DNA of 64,000 nucleotides. It comes from an uncultured bacterium (GTDB lineage Bacteria > Verrucomicrobiota > Kiritimatiellia > RFP12 > UBA1067). Positions 18,612-28,902 of this stretch are shown piece after piece (positions within the stretch are counted from its first letter, which is position 1; every line of letters starts with the position of its first letter). The notes below the pieces were generated by a model, which worked only from the letters and a program-made list of their open reading frames with translations, made no database searches and was not told the origin of the DNA. The position numbers were made by a program, and so were the translations under genes. The stretch is from positions 96,566-160,565 of the forward strand of contig CADCAK010000001.1 of assembly GCA_902799385.1 (NCBI GenBank), read 5' to 3'.

Positions 18612-21600
18612 ATGAAACTAAAAAAACTCGTCGTAATCGGGGCGTTTGTCGCCCTCGCGGTCGCGCTTTGCGCAACTGCATCGTCATTGTTCTGGGTCTG
18701 CCGCAAGGTTCGCGCCTTCGAAGCTGAGCACGGAGGCAGCGTCTACGCCAACTTGAGCAAGGCGCAGATGGACGAAATCATAAAGGCCAAGATAAAGGAA
18801 GTTGCGACTAATGCGGCTCCCGCCTCTGCCTCGGCCCCCGCGCAGCCGCAACCCGCCCCTGCCGCCGATAAGCCGAAGGGCCCGCCTCCTCCGCCAAAAC
18901 CGATGGTGAGGTTTGCAGCCCCTGGACGCTACCTCCCGCCCGGCGGCGCGAGGGCAATTGGCGTAGAGTCCGTCAACGTGACGAACATCCATGCCCAGAT
19001 ATGTCGCGTGGTGCCGGAAAACGTCGTTCAGCTTCTTGCCCGCGAGGAGCGCGAGTACAGCCGCTATCAGTGGGGTGGCACCGCAGACGACGAGGAGACC
19101 GAGGAGCTTTCTGGCGAAATCGAGGAACGCGACTTCGCCTGCGTGAACAGACCTAACGAAAAGGCGACCATTGCCGTGCCCGTGAAGATGAACGACGGCG
19201 GCAGCGCCAACGGAATCTTCCTCGTCGCCGTTAGGAGCGCCGATCGTCCGCGCGAAGACGGCTGGTGGGTCGATGAATCAAAGCAAAACCCCAACCGCTA
19301 CCGCCTCGTCTGCCTTTCCGACCTCGGGCTTTCCGTTCGCTTGAACGGAACCGACTCGCCCGGCGTTTGGGTGACTTCGCTTATGAAGGGCACGCCTCTT
19401 GACAGCGTCAAGGTGACGGTATATTCCAAGGCGAATATCAAGGTAATGGAAGGCGAGACCGACGAAAACGGCTGGAGTCGCCTCGTGCGCGTCGCGAAAG
19501 GCGAGCCGTTTGCCGTAGTCGCCGCAAGTGCCGATGGCACCGACAGCACGTTCCTCGCTCTTCGCGACTCGATGGAGGTCGACGAGACATATTCAGACGG
19601 TTGCCGCCCAGAATACCTCGCGCACGACGGTGTCGAGGCGTTCCTCTGGACCGACCGCGGCATCTACCGCCACGACGAGAAGATAATGGTTCACGCGCTT
19701 TTGAGGAACGGCCGCCGCCAAGCGCCGAGTCCAATGCCTGTTGAACTGCGGCTCGTGAGCCCGAAAGGCGACATATATTCCCACCTTACGGCAACGACTG
19801 ACGCCGAGGGCTCGCTTTTGTGCGATACATTTACCGTTCCCGCAGACCAGCCGAGCGGTGCGTGGAAGTTCCATGCAAAGATACCCGGCAAGGATGGTCG
19901 CATACTTGGCACGGCAGAGATAAAGGTCGAGGAGTTCGCCCCGCCGCAGATTCGCGTCCGTGTCGAAGCGGATTCCACGGCGCATCCCTCGAACTTCGCG
20001 TTCTCGGTCTCTGCGGAGCATCTTTTCGGCGGTCCTGCCCACGCGCTTGCCTGTGAAGGCGCAGTCGTGTTCGAGGATTACTCTTTCGCGCCGCCACAAT
20101 GGAAGGGGTGGTCATTCGGGAACTGCGACCTCGGCCTCAAGCCGAATTTTCGCAAGCTTGCCAAGGCCTCGCTCGACCGCGAAGGCAAGTGCGCCATGTC
20201 CGCGCCGCTTTGGGCCGATTCGGGGCTGCCAAAGGCCGCAGTGCGCGCAACAGCGCAAGGGACTGTATTCGAGGACGGCGGCCGCCCTGCGACGGCACGC
20301 GCTTCCGCAGTTCTCCACTACTACCCATACTACATCGGCTCCACACTTGAGTCGTGGATGCGGCTAGACCAGGGTCTTGCGCCGAAGATTCGCTTTGCCT
20401 GCGTGAAGCCGGACGGCTCGCGCCACGGGGAAAGCCGCACCCTCTTTGCGACATTGGAGCGCATTGACTCCGTGTATTCCTACCGCCGCCAGTCGAACGG
20501 ATGGGAGACATGGGATTGCGAGCGCATTCGCAAGGTTGTCGCGTCGTCCGTCAAGATCGTCGTTCCTGCAAGCGAGGATGCGGTATTCGACATCCCAGCA
20601 AGCGCCTGCGGTGACTACGCGCTTACCGTGACGGATTCCGAGACGGGCGTGTCGTTTGCAAAGACCTTCTACTTGAGTGACTGGGGCGATTCGGCGGTTC
20701 GTGCGCCGCTCTCCGACCCGACGGCCGTCACGCTCACTACCGACAAGCCGTTCTACCGCGTAGGCGAAACGCCGCGTTTGATGGTTCGCGCTCCTTTCGC
20801 CGGATATGCGCTTGTATCGGTGTTGCGCGAGAAGGACGCATATACAGACATCGTCGCTCTCACAAATGCGACGAGCGAAATTGCGCTCAGGTCCGTTGCG
20901 CTCGAGAACGCGCCGAACCTTGACGTTTACGTGTCTGTCGTGCAGAGCGTCGAGGCGAACGCAAAGCACATGGCCGCGCGCGCACACGGACAGGCGACGA
21001 TATCTGTGCGCCCGATTGAGGACGAGATCGCCGTCAAGGTTGAGAAATGCGATGTAGTCGTCGGTGGCGAGAAGGGCTCGTCGGCGACCGTCACCTTCGA
21101 GGCGCGCGGCGCATCTGCCGCGCTCGTCACTGTCGTGGACGAGGGGATAAACATCCTCACGGACGAGCAGGTGCCTGATCCTGTGGCGCATTTTGCCGCG
21201 CCGCGCTACGCGAGCCATCCGCTCTATGACATCTACCACCGCATGCTTCCCGTGCTTGGCGAGGACCTTCTCCGCGCGAGCGGCGTCAAGACAGGCGGTG
21301 GCGCGGGAGCGGAGATGCTTGGGCGCGTAAGCCCTGTGCCGACGCGCAGGTTCAAGCCGCTTTCGCGTTGGAGCGGTCGCATGGAAGTCGGCGAAGACGG
21401 GAAGGGTGTGTGCGAGTTTCCTCTTGGTGAGTTCGTCGGCGAGATTCGTGCGACAGTCGTAGCGTGGAGCGCGTCGGCGTCTGGCTCTGACGCGATTCAG
21501 GCGAAGGTCACGCCGAAGATTGTCATGATGCCGGACGCTCCGCGTTTCGTCGCTCCTGGTGATGTCTTCGAGGCGACGCTGCCGATCTACAACAAAAGTG

Positions 21601-23138
21601 GCGAGACGGCGAAGATGGGATACTCGATTTCCGTCGGAGGGAAGAATGTGTCATTTGCCTCCATCTTCTCGCTTGAGAACGACGGCCACACAAACATCGT
21701 CGCGCGGATTGCGGCGCCAGAGGGACCAGGAGAGCTCGACATCGTTTATCGTGTGCGCGGCATGGGTGAGACCCACGAGCAGACGATTCACTTGCCCGTT
21801 CGCCCCGCCGTCGCCTGGGTAGAGACTTCTGGCATAACGGCGAGGGAGAAATTGGCAGACGCGGTCGGCAAGGTCGGACGTCTTGAGAAGTTGTTTACGA
21901 AGGAATACGACACTCCTCTCGGCGGGTACGAGGCGGCGCTACGCTGGCTCGCGGAATATCCGCATGGCTGTCTTGAGCAGACTTCCTCGCGCATGTTCCC
22001 GCTTATGGGCGCGGGCGGAATTCTCGCCTCTGTCTCGCCTGTGGGGCCTGATGTCGTATCTTCGGGTGTCAGGCGCGTCGAGTCAATGGTGAGGTCTACC
22101 GACTTCGTGATGTGGCCTGACTGCAATTATGCGCCGTGGGATAGCGAAGTGTCGCTCTACGCCGCGCACTTCCTCGTCGAAGCGGAGAAGAACGGCTATG
22201 CGATCAATCGCGCCGCGAAGGATCGGGTATTCGGCTTCCTGAAGCGCTGGGCGATGTCGACGAACGACACTGTGTCGGCCTACGCCTGCCACACGCTCGC
22301 GCTCGCCGGAAAGCCGGAGAAGGACCGCATGCTGCGGCTCTACGACGCGTCGACCAACTTGACGCTGCTTTCGCGCTCTCGGCTCGCCCGTGCGTTCGCC
22401 ATCACGGGCGACAGGCGCCGCGCAGAGACGCTGCTTGCGGCGAATGTGGCGCCGTCGTCGGTGAAGGACGCTGCATTTGCTGTCCTCGCTCTTCTTGAGA
22501 TCGATCCTGATGATCCGCGCATACTCCCGCTCATTTCCTATCTCGACGGACGGCGCGACCGCGAGCGGCTTTCGTGGGGGACTACGGGCGAGAACGCGCA
22601 TGCGCTCCTCGCGATAGGCGCATACTACCGCCACCATCCCGCGAAGAGCGGCGAGAAGCTCGTCGTGTGGCACAAGCTCTCGCTCCCCAAGCCAAGCGAC
22701 GTAAAGGACGAGTCGCGCGGCATTTCCATTGTGCGGCGCTACCTTACGCCCGAAGGAGTTGAGGCGGACCTCTCCAAGCTCTCGCTCGGCGAGATGCTGA
22801 TAACGGAACTTGCAATCAAGGTCGACGACACGCGCGAGCTTTCAGACCTCGTTATCGAAGACCTCTTCCCCGCCTGCCTAGAACCAGTGCATGGTGGGCT
22901 CGCCCCTTCGTCCACGGATCAGGGTAAATGGGTGATGAGGTCGGACGCTCGCGACGATAGGATGCTCGTCTTCTCGAAGAGGTTCACGCTTGCGAAGGGC
23001 GAGGAGGCGACATTCCGCTATCCCGTGCGCGTCGTTTCGGCAGGAGACTACATCCTCCCCGGCCCAAGCGTCGAGGCAATGTACCATCCAGACCTCCACG
23101 CCCGCCGCGCCCCCGACCGCATTTCCGCCAGGCGGTGA
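18612..23138 (+). CDS. alpha-2-macroglobulin family protein with thioester motif, N-terminal membrane anchor
   Basis: 1508 aa. [12 protein letters not shown], with CLEQ at 21969-21980. MG-domain-like repeats. N-terminal hydrophobic segment followed by a Pro-rich linker. Confidence 0.88.
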   Translation: MKLKKLVVIGAFVALAVALCATASSLFWVCRKVRAFEAEHGGSVYANLSKAQMDEIIKAKIKEVATNAAPASASAPAQPQPAPAADKPKGPPPPPKPMVRFAAPGRYLPPGGARAIGVESVNVTNIHAQICRVVPENVVQLLAREEREYSRYQWGGTADDEETEELSGEIEERDFACVNRPNEKATIAVPVKMNDGGSANGIFLVAVRSADRPREDGWWVDESKQNPNRYRLVCLSDLGLSVRLNGTDSPGVWVTSLMKGTPLDSVKVTVYSKANIKVMEGETDENGWSRLVRVAKGEPFAVVAASADGTDSTFLALRDSMEVDETYSDGCRPEYLAHDGVEAFLWTDRGIYRHDEKIMVHALLRNGRRQAPSPMPVELRLVSPKGDIYSHLTATTDAEGSLLCDTFTVPADQPSGAWKFHAKIPGKDGRILGTAEIKVEEFAPPQIRVRVEADSTAHPSNFAFSVSAEHLFGGPAHALACEGAVVFEDYSFAPPQWKGWSFGNCDLGLKPNFRKLAKASLDREGKCAMSAPLWADSGLPKAAVRATAQGTVFEDGGRPATARASAVLHYYPYYIGSTLESWMRLDQGLAPKIRFACVKPDGSRHGESRTLFATLERIDSVYSYRRQSNGWETWDCERIRKVVASSVKIVVPASEDAVFDIPASACGDYALTVTDSETGVSFAKTFYLSDWGDSAVRAPLSDPTAVTLTTDKPFYRVGETPRLMVRAPFAGYALVSVLREKDAYTDIVALTNATSEIALRSVALENAPNLDVYVSVVQSVEANAKHMAARAHGQATISVRPIEDEIAVKVEKCDVVVGGEKGSSATVTFEARGASAALVTVVDEGINILTDEQVPDPVAHFAAPRYASHPLYDIYHRMLPVLGEDLLRASGVKTGGGAGAEMLGRVSPVPTRRFKPLSRWSGRMEVGEDGKGVCEFPLGEFVGEIRATVVAWSASASGSDAIQAKVTPKIVMMPDAPRFVAPGDVFEATLPIYNKSGETAKMGYSISVGGKNVSFASIFSLENDGHTNIVARIAAPEGPGELDIVYRVRGMGETHEQTIHLPVRPAVAWVETSGITAREKLADAVGKVGRLEKLFTKEYDTPLGGYEAALRWLAEYPHGCLEQTSSRMFPLMGAGGILASVSPVGPDVVSSGVRRVESMVRSTDFVMWPDCNYAPWDSEVSLYAAHFLVEAEKNGYAINRAAKDRVFGFLKRWAMSTNDTVSAYACHTLALAGKPEKDRMLRLYDASTNLTLLSRSRLARAFAITGDRRRAETLLAANVAPSSVKDAAFAVLALLEIDPDDPRILPLISYLDGRRDRERLSWGTTGENAHALLAIGAYYRHHPAKSGEKLVVWHKLSLPKPSDVKDESRGISIVRRYLTPEGVEADLSKLSLGEMLITELAIKVDDTRELSDLVIEDLFPACLEPVHGGLAPSSTDQGKWVMRSDARDDRMLVFSKRFTLAKGEEATFRYPVRVVSAGDYILPGPSVEAMYHPDLHARRAPDRISARR

Positions 23139-23213
23139 ACCGGCGGGGACAAGGCGCCTGTTTTCGGTTGTGCATGATTTTTGGCTTTTATTCAACACGG
23201 ACGCCAAGTTTTA

Positions 23214-23222
23214 TGGTATACT
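23214..23222 (+). promoter_or_regulatory. extended -10 TGGTATACT upstream of rpoD
   Basis: Context AAGTTTTATGGTATACT, 52 nt upstream of ATG 23275. Confidence 0.4.
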
Positions 23223-23274
23223 ATTCCGACCACTTGACAAAGTGCAGTCGGGTGGATTGTATACTGGAGCAACC

Positions 23275-25362
23275 ATGGCGAAAGTGAAGAAGGCTCTGAA
23301 GAAGGCCGCGAAGAAGATTGTGAACAAGCCCGCAAAGGGGAAGGTGAAGCCTGTTTCCAAGAAGGCTTCCGCCAAGAAGTCTCCCGCCAAAAAGGCGGGG
23401 GCGGGCGCGGCAGTCGGCAGGAAAGGCGCCAAGGCAGCCGCCGGTCGCCAGCGCGGCAGGGCCGTCGTGTCCGAAGACGACGTGGGCGACGACCTTCCCC
23501 CGGTAGATGCCGACGAGCAAATCGACGAAGAGTCCCTTGACGACGACCTGCTTGTCGCCGAGGTCGAGCGCGAGGAGGGCGACGAGCACGAAGACGAGGC
23601 GAGGTCGGGCGATACCGACGATGATGCCGAAGCTCCGCTGTCCCCGCAGCCGCTACCGAGCTTCGGCACGGACGACGCCGAGGCCTCCGAGACGGTCCTC
23701 CCGTCGATGGAGGGCATGTCGATCCTCCGCGAGACCGAGCTCAACGACGTCATCGTGGACGTGAAGCGCCGCAGCGAGGCGAATGGCGGCTACATCACCT
23801 ACGAGGAGCTCAACCAGATACTGCCCTCCAACATCGTCGATGCGATACAGTCCGACAGATATCTCAAGATACTCGAGGCCCTTGGCGTGCAGGTGCTTCG
23901 CGAGGAGGACGTCAAGAAGTGGCTTGAGGCGAAGAACCAGAAGGCCTCTGACCCCAAGGCGCGCGCGGCGGAGATGATCGAGGACCCGATCCGCATGTAC
24001 CTCCACCAGATGGGACAGGTCCAGCTTCTCTCGCGCGACGAGGAGGTCACGATATGCCAGACGATCGAGGATGCCGAGGCCAAGACCAAGAGCATGTTCA
24101 ACAGGTTCCTCTTCGTCCCGAAGATGTACGCCGACCAGCTCGACAAGCTGGAAGGCCAGTCCGAGCGCTTCGACAGGATCGTCACCGACAAGTTCGACGA
24201 GAACCGTGACGCCTACATCGCGCTCATCCCGGGCTTTCGCAAGCAGATAAAGGACGTCGAGCGCCGCCTCAACGAGGCGAGCGCGAAGTACCTCTCGACC
24301 ATCGCGAAGAAGCGGCCCCAGGCCGCCGAGGTGCGCAGCGCCGAGAAGAAGCTTGCGAACGCCCGCGCCGCGCTGAAGCAGTGCTTCATAGACCTCAGCT
24401 TCAAGCAGAAGGTCCTCGAGACGCTGTGCGCCGACGCGGACGAGCGCATCTACCTGCCCTACCGCGCGCTCGTCGCGAGGCAGTCCGCGCTCATGCAGTC
24501 CCGCCCGTCGAAGAAGCGCGACAGCGACCTTGCGCAGGTCCGCGAGCGGATGTCGCGCCTCGAGGCCCTGTTCGGCATGCCCGCCGAGGAGTTCATGACG
24601 ACGTTCTCCGAGCTGAGGCGCGTCCTCAGGGCCGGGCAGACGGCGCGCACGAAGATGGTCGAGGCGAACCTGCGCCTCGTGATCTCCATCGTCAAGAAGT
24701 ACATGAACCGCGGGCTCTCGTTCCTCGACCTCATTCAGGAGGGCAATACCGGCCTCATGAAGGCGGTCGAGAAGTTCGAGTACAAGCGGGGCTACAAGTT
24801 CTCGACCTACGCGACGTGGTGGATCCGCCAGGCGGCGACCCGCGCGATCGCGGACCAGGCGCGGACAATCCGCATCCCCGTCCACATGATCGAGACGATC
24901 AACAAGCTGATGCGCATCCAGAAGAAGCTCATCCAGAAGCTGGGCCGCGAGCCAACCGAGGCCGAGCTTTCAAAGGAGATGGGCCTTCCCAACGACCAGG
25001 TCAGGGCGGTCAAGCGGATGGCGCAGCAGCCGATTTCGCTGCAGTCGAAGGTCGGCGACAACGACGACGCGCACTACGGCGACTTCATCCCCGACCTTTC
25101 GAGCGAGAATCCCTTCGAGGTAACCGAGGGGCACCTTCTCAAGGAGAGGCTGAGGGACATACTGAACACGCTGACCGACCGCGAGCGGCAGGTTGTCGAC
25201 TTCAGGTTCGGCCTGACCGACGGCTACAGCCGCACGCTCGAGGAGGTCGGGAGGCTGTTCAACGTAACGCGAGAGCGAATTCGCCAGATCGAGGCGAAGG
25301 CGCTCAGGAAACTCCGCCATCCGAGCCGGATGAAATCGCTCGGAGACTATCGAAACAGCTAA
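23275..25362 (+). CDS. rpoD: RNA polymerase sigma factor RpoD (sigma-70) with Lys/Ala-rich N-terminal tail
   Basis: Regions 2-4 are clear: [45 protein letters not shown] and [33 protein letters not shown] track start 22990 overlaps the A2M gene. ATG 23275 gives [10 protein letters not shown]. Confidence 0.92.
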   Translation: MAKVKKALKKAAKKIVNKPAKGKVKPVSKKASAKKSPAKKAGAGAAVGRKGAKAAAGRQRGRAVVSEDDVGDDLPPVDADEQIDEESLDDDLLVAEVEREEGDEHEDEARSGDTDDDAEAPLSPQPLPSFGTDDAEASETVLPSMEGMSILRETELNDVIVDVKRRSEANGGYITYEELNQILPSNIVDAIQSDRYLKILEALGVQVLREEDVKKWLEAKNQKASDPKARAAEMIEDPIRMYLHQMGQVQLLSRDEEVTICQTIEDAEAKTKSMFNRFLFVPKMYADQLDKLEGQSERFDRIVTDKFDENRDAYIALIPGFRKQIKDVERRLNEASAKYLSTIAKKRPQAAEVRSAEKKLANARAALKQCFIDLSFKQKVLETLCADADERIYLPYRALVARQSALMQSRPSKKRDSDLAQVRERMSRLEALFGMPAEEFMTTFSELRRVLRAGQTARTKMVEANLRLVISIVKKYMNRGLSFLDLIQEGNTGLMKAVEKFEYKRGYKFSTYATWWIRQAATRAIADQARTIRIPVHMIETINKLMRIQKKLIQKLGREPTEAELSKEMGLPNDQVRAVKRMAQQPISLQSKVGDNDDAHYGDFIPDLSSENPFEVTEGHLLKERLRDILNTLTDRERQVVDFRFGLTDGYSRTLEEVGRLFNVTRERIRQIEAKALRKLRHPSRMKSLGDYRNS

Positions 25363-25386
25363 AGGCAAGGAAGGAAAAATACCACA

Positions 25387-25872
25387 ATGAACTGCATCAA
25401 TGGAGCTCTTGAGCTTTTCAAGACGAATTCGTGCGCGGCCTGGACCATCGCTGTCGCCGCGTTTGCGCTGGGCGCGATTGCGGCGTGCGCCGTCTGCCGG
25501 ATGTTCCGCTCGTGCGGAAAGTGCGGCGATTCCTGCGGGGACGCCGGCAAGAGGCAGGCCCCGAGGCGCCAGGAGCGCAGCGAGCCCAAGTTCGAGAAGG
25601 TCCATCCCGCACCGGCGGACGGATCCATCGAGATATACGTCGGCAACCTCAGCTACGACCTCACCGAGGACCAGCTCCGCAAGGAGTTCGAGGCTTTCGG
25701 CAAGGTGAACTACGTGCGCATCATCACGAACCGCTACAACGGCAGGTCCAAGGGCTTCGGGTTCGTGCACATGCCGAACCGCGCAGAGGTCGATGCCGCC
25801 GTCAAGGCGCTCTCCGACAAGGAGGTGCTCGGCCGCAAGCTAAAGTGCAACGAGGCCAAAAATGTCGGTTAA
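25387..25872 (+). CDS. RRM-domain RNA-binding protein with hydrophobic, Cys-rich N-terminal extension
   Basis: RNP-2 IYVGNL and RNP-1 KGFGFVHM. N-terminal AAWTIAVAAFALGAIAACAVC followed by CGKCGDSCGD. Confidence 0.8.
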   Translation: MNCINGALELFKTNSCAAWTIAVAAFALGAIAACAVCRMFRSCGKCGDSCGDAGKRQAPRRQERSEPKFEKVHPAPADGSIEIYVGNLSYDLTEDQLRKEFEAFGKVNYVRIITNRYNGRSKGFGFVHMPNRAEVDAAVKALSDKEVLGRKLKCNEAKNVG

Positions 25873-26422
25873 GGCACTTGTCGTGCTCGCCGACGGCTTC
25901 GAGGACGTCGAGGCCATCACGGCTGTGGACGTCCTCCGCCGCGGCGGGGTAGAGGTCGTGACGGCCTCGCTCGCGGGCGGTCGCGAGGTGCGCAGCGCCC
26001 ATGGCGTCGCGATGCTCGCCGACGCGCCCTTCGAAGAGGCCGAGAAGGACGACTTCGACGCAATCGTCCTCCCCGGCGGCGGCGAGGGCACGGCGAACAT
26101 GAAGTCCTCGGCGGCGCTTCTCGAGCGCCTTCGGCGCCAGCGCGACGAGGGCGGCCTGCTTGCCGCGATCTGCGCGGCTCCGACGGTTCTCGTCGAGGCG
26201 GGCGTTCTCGGCGAAGGGCAGCACGTCACGTGCTACCCGACGTGTTCGGTCGAGCTCGATCGTCCCTGCGCGGGTGTTCCCGTCGTGGCGGACGGCAACG
26301 TCATAACGGGCCAGGCCCCCGGCTCTTCGATGCTGTTCGCGCTTGTCGTTCTGAAGGCGCTGACCGACGCGAAGAACGCGATGAGGGTGGCGCGCGGACT
26401 GGTGACCGACGTTCTCGACTGA
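25862..26422 (+). CDS. DJ-1/PfpI family protein
   Basis: 186 aa. LVVLADGFEDVEAITAVDVLRRGG and nucleophile elbow AAICAAP. Confidence 0.85.
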   Translation: MSVKALVVLADGFEDVEAITAVDVLRRGGVEVVTASLAGGREVRSAHGVAMLADAPFEEAEKDDFDAIVLPGGGEGTANMKSSAALLERLRRQRDEGGLLAAICAAPTVLVEAGVLGEGQHVTCYPTCSVELDRPCAGVPVVADGNVITGQAPGSSMLFALVVLKALTDAKNAMRVARGLVTDVLD

Positions 26423-26429
26423 CGCCGCC

Positions 26430-27755
26430 ATGTTCAGGCGGATCTCCATCACGAGCTGGAAGTTCCTCCTTGCCGGCAAGGGGATATCGTTCCGCACCGG
26501 CCAGTATTTCGGGGAGTCCATGCTTGTCGGGCTCGTCACCGGGTTCGTAGTCGTGGCGTTCCGCTACATGATAGACTTCGGCGAGTCGCTCCTCATGGGC
26601 GGCTCGTGGCTTTCAGGCCGCCGGTGGGCGATGATGTTCCTTCCCGCGCTTGGCGCGCTCGCGGGACATGCCCTTATAAAGAGGTTCGCGAAGCTCGAGC
26701 ACGCGCGCGGCACCGACAGCGCCATAAAGGCCTACCACCAGCACGGCGGCTACATAACGTCCACCGTGATCCCGATAAAGTCGGTTGCATCCGTCCTTAC
26801 CGTCGGCTCGGGAGGTTCCGCCGGCTACGAGGGCCCCGTGACTCTCATCGGCGCCGCGTGCGGCAGCGCGATCGCGCGGTCTCTCAACCTCACCGTCCGC
26901 GCAAGGCGGATACTGATGGCCGCAGGCCTCGCGGCCGGGATTGCCGCGCTCTTCCAGGCTCCGCTCGCCGGCGCGATCTTCGGCTTTGAGATCTTCTACT
27001 CGTCGAGCGATGTCGAGTACGAGACGGTCCTTCCGTGCTTCATCGCCGCGCCGGTCTCCTATACCATATACGCGTACTTCTTCGGGTGGCAGCCGCTGTT
27101 CGCTATGCCGCCCTGCGCCTACGAGAACGCGCTGAGGCTCCTTCCGTATTTCGCGCTCGCGCTTGTCATAACCTTCGGCGCGCGATTCTACATCAGCTTC
27201 TTCCGCGGCGTCGAGGGGATGTTCTCGAACCTCCGCGCGCCCGGCTTTGCGAAGGTCGTGGCCGGCGGGCTCGTCGTCGGGCTCCTCGGCTACTTCGTGT
27301 TCCCGGGCGTGTACGGCGCGGGCTATCCGATCATCCGCCGCTGCCTCGTCGAGGACGGCAACGCATTCGCGTTCCTCGCGGTATTCTTCCTCAACGTCGT
27401 CTCGACTTCGTTCACCGTCGGCTCGGGCGGCTCGGGCGGAATATTCGCGCCGGCGCTCGTGTGCGGCGCGACTCTTGGCGCGGCCACGGGGACTTTCTTC
27501 GCGCGTGTTTTGCCAGCGTCGTGGGGCGTGCATCCGTCCGCGTTCGCGCTTGTCGGCATGGCGGGTTTCCTCGCGAGCTCCGTGAGAATCCCCATGACAG
27601 CGATAGTGATGGTCGCCGAGATTTCGGGCAATCACCAGTTGCTCGCCCCCGCGATGTGGGTGTGCGGCATAGCGTTCTGGCTTAACAACGGCTGGTCGCT
27701 CTACCGCAGCCAGCCGCACAGTCGCGAGACGTCGCCGGTGCACGTCGGAGAATAA
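26430..27755 (+). CDS. voltage-gated chloride channel (ClC) family protein
   Basis: GSGGSAGYEGP and GSGGSGGIFAPALVCG motifs. Multi-pass hydrophobic protein. Confidence 0.85.
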   Translation: MFRRISITSWKFLLAGKGISFRTGQYFGESMLVGLVTGFVVVAFRYMIDFGESLLMGGSWLSGRRWAMMFLPALGALAGHALIKRFAKLEHARGTDSAIKAYHQHGGYITSTVIPIKSVASVLTVGSGGSAGYEGPVTLIGAACGSAIARSLNLTVRARRILMAAGLAAGIAALFQAPLAGAIFGFEIFYSSSDVEYETVLPCFIAAPVSYTIYAYFFGWQPLFAMPPCAYENALRLLPYFALALVITFGARFYISFFRGVEGMFSNLRAPGFAKVVAGGLVVGLLGYFVFPGVYGAGYPIIRRCLVEDGNAFAFLAVFFLNVVSTSFTVGSGGSGGIFAPALVCGATLGAATGTFFARVLPASWGVHPSAFALVGMAGFLASSVRIPMTAIVMVAEISGNHQLLAPAMWVCGIAFWLNNGWSLYRSQPHSRETSPVHVGE

Positions 27756-27761
27756 AATTCC

Positions 27762-27790
27762 GGGGGAAAAAAAATTTCATTTTCCCCCTT
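27762..27790 (+). terminator. hairpin terminator candidate after the ClC gene
   Basis: Perfect 9-bp stem GGGGGAAAA (27762-27770) / TTTTCCCCC (27780-27788) with a 9-nt loop. Only a short T run follows. Confidence 0.45.
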
Positions 27791-27818
27791 GACGGCGTCA
27801 ACGCGAATATGATACAAT
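27789..27818 (+). promoter_or_regulatory. sigma-70-type promoter: -35 TTGACG, 18-nt spacer, extended -10 TGATACAAT
   Basis: TTGACG at 27789-27794 and TACAAT at 27813-27818, preceded by TGA. Predicted TSS is near 27825. Confidence 0.55.
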
Positions 27819-27824
27819 TCGCAC

Positions 27825-28122
27825 AACCTTTGAGTGAAGAAGGGAAAGTCCTCAGGCGTTAAGCCTGGCACCTAGGTTAAACCAGGTGAAACGAATGTTG
27901 ACTTTTCCGAAGCGCGAGAAGGTGCGGTAATCGGAGATGCGAAACTCAAACCGTCGAAGATTGCTGAATGGCAACACGTGATGCCGACCGTGTTCACGCG
28001 GGTACAAAAAAGTGAAGCGGTATGAAACCACCGCCCACAACGGATCAGCCGGGTAGCTCCGGTCGAAGGGCAAGCGGAAATCCGCAGGTCTGGAGGAACA
28101 AGCCAAAGGAAACAAAACAACA
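27825..28122 (+). promoter_or_regulatory. long (~300 nt) structured 5' leader or unclassified cis-regulatory RNA upstream of the Cys-rich secreted protein gene
   Basis: No credible ORF. Hairpins: 27853-27867, 27869-27888, 27973-27994, 28017-28034, 28049-28062, 28074-28085. CCTTTG at 27827-27832 can pair with CAAAGG at 28104-28109, which overlaps the SD region. Confidence 0.4.
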
Positions 28123-28902
28123 ATGAAGAAGCTCATGATTGCTGCCGCTGCTGCGGCAATGACGGCTGGTGCGTACGCCGGTGCGTGCGACGATGTCGAC
28201 TATACGACCGAGTGGGATGACTGCATGGTCTACGACGTCACGTTCAAGCTCAAGACGCTTGCGCCCAAGAAGCTCGTCTGCAAGTCCTGCGACAGGTGCT
28301 CTGACGATGATGTCGTCTATTACCTCGCCGATGCGTCCCGTACGTTCAACGGCTACCTCTGGTTCTGCTACGAGGAGTGCTGGGATGCCGATGACACGCC
28401 TTACATCGCGCTCTGGGAGAAGAAGACCAGGACGGCCATCATCCCCCTCTACTACACCATCGAGGGCACCAAGAGGGTTGCGTATCCTGTTGAGACCGAG
28501 TTCTCGTTCCTCGGCCGCTACAACAAGAACGCCGACAAGGTCGCCGCGATGTGGGAGTTCGACTCTGCGTATGGCGTGTTCGCCGCCGCAGGTGTCAAGG
28601 GCACCGTCACGAAGGACAAGGAAGCGGGTACGGTCATGCTGAAGTCGATCTCCGGCAATGCGGTCGGCTATCTCGCGATGGAGACGATCGAGGTCGCCAA
28701 GAAGTGCGCCGATCCTGATGAGTTCACGGCCAAGATTGCTGGCCTGTGCGACTGCTGGGATACCTGGTGCGAAGATGGCGATGACGCCGACATCGTTCCG
28801 TTCTCCGGCACCTGGTCGCTCAAGTACAACAAGAGCCTTTCGACTGGTTCCAAGTCGATGCTCCTCGTTGTCCCGAGCTATGCTCAGGAGCTTGAGGTCT
28901 AA
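28123..28902 (+). CDS. Cys-rich small secreted protein, family A (paralog of 36152..36946)
   Basis: Signal peptide MKKLMIAAAAAAMTAGAYA. 11 Cys in CxxC, CxC and CxxxC clusters. Shares VYDVTFKLKT, SGNAVGYL and SGTWSLKYN with the paralog. Confidence 0.75.
   Translation: MKKLMIAAAAAAMTAGAYAGACDDVDYTTEWDDCMVYDVTFKLKTLAPKKLVCKSCDRCSDDDVVYYLADASRTFNGYLWFCYEECWDADDTPYIALWEKKTRTAIIPLYYTIEGTKRVAYPVETEFSFLGRYNKNADKVAAMWEFDSAYGVFAAAGVKGTVTKDKEAGTVMLKSISGNAVGYLAMETIEVAKKCADPDEFTAKIAGLCDCWDTWCEDGDDADIVPFSGTWSLKYNKSLSTGSKSMLLVVPSYAQELEV

Noticed and set aside
23234-23265. Second rpoD promoter made of TTGACA (23234-23239) and TATACT (23260-23265).
   Set aside because: The spacer is 20 nt, outside the usual 16-18 nt range. 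The upstream TGGTATACT (23214-23222) fits the recurrent promoter family better. This was not ruled out experimentally.
26430-27755. Fluoride-specific CLC with an upstream fluoride riboswitch.
   Set aside because: Only 7 nt separate it from the DJ-1 gene, so there is no room for a riboswitch. The AACCACCGCC-like string lies downstream in the next gene's leader and lacks the rest of the crcB motif.
27838-28110. RNase P RNA (GGGAAAGTCC, GGTGAAA, GGTGCGGTAA and AAACCACC resemble CR-I to CR-III).
   Set aside because: Only ~15 nt separate the predicted TSS from the CR-I-like element, so P1-P3 are missing. There is no ACAGAAnCCGGCUUA-type partner strand for P4. The element order and overall length do not fit type A or type B.
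28040-28110. Glycine riboswitch aptamer or SRP RNA domain IV (CCGG-loop-CCGG, UCGAAGGGCAA, GCGGAAAUCCGC hairpin, CAGGUCUGGAGGAACAAGCC).
   Set aside because: The similarity is partial. The GGAGAG/P1 elements and the CUCAGGCAAAAGGAC box of glycine aptamers are absent. The GGAA tetraloop and the 3' partner strand of SRP helix 8 are also absent. The downstream gene has no link to glycine metabolism. This needs cmscan to settle.
27852-28136. Minus-strand ORFs 27852..28136 (94 aa) and 27872..28123 (83 aa) in the leader region.
   Set aside because: They have no SD and odd composition, and they run antisense to a region with a strong plus-strand promoter. The first also overlaps the downstream gene's start.
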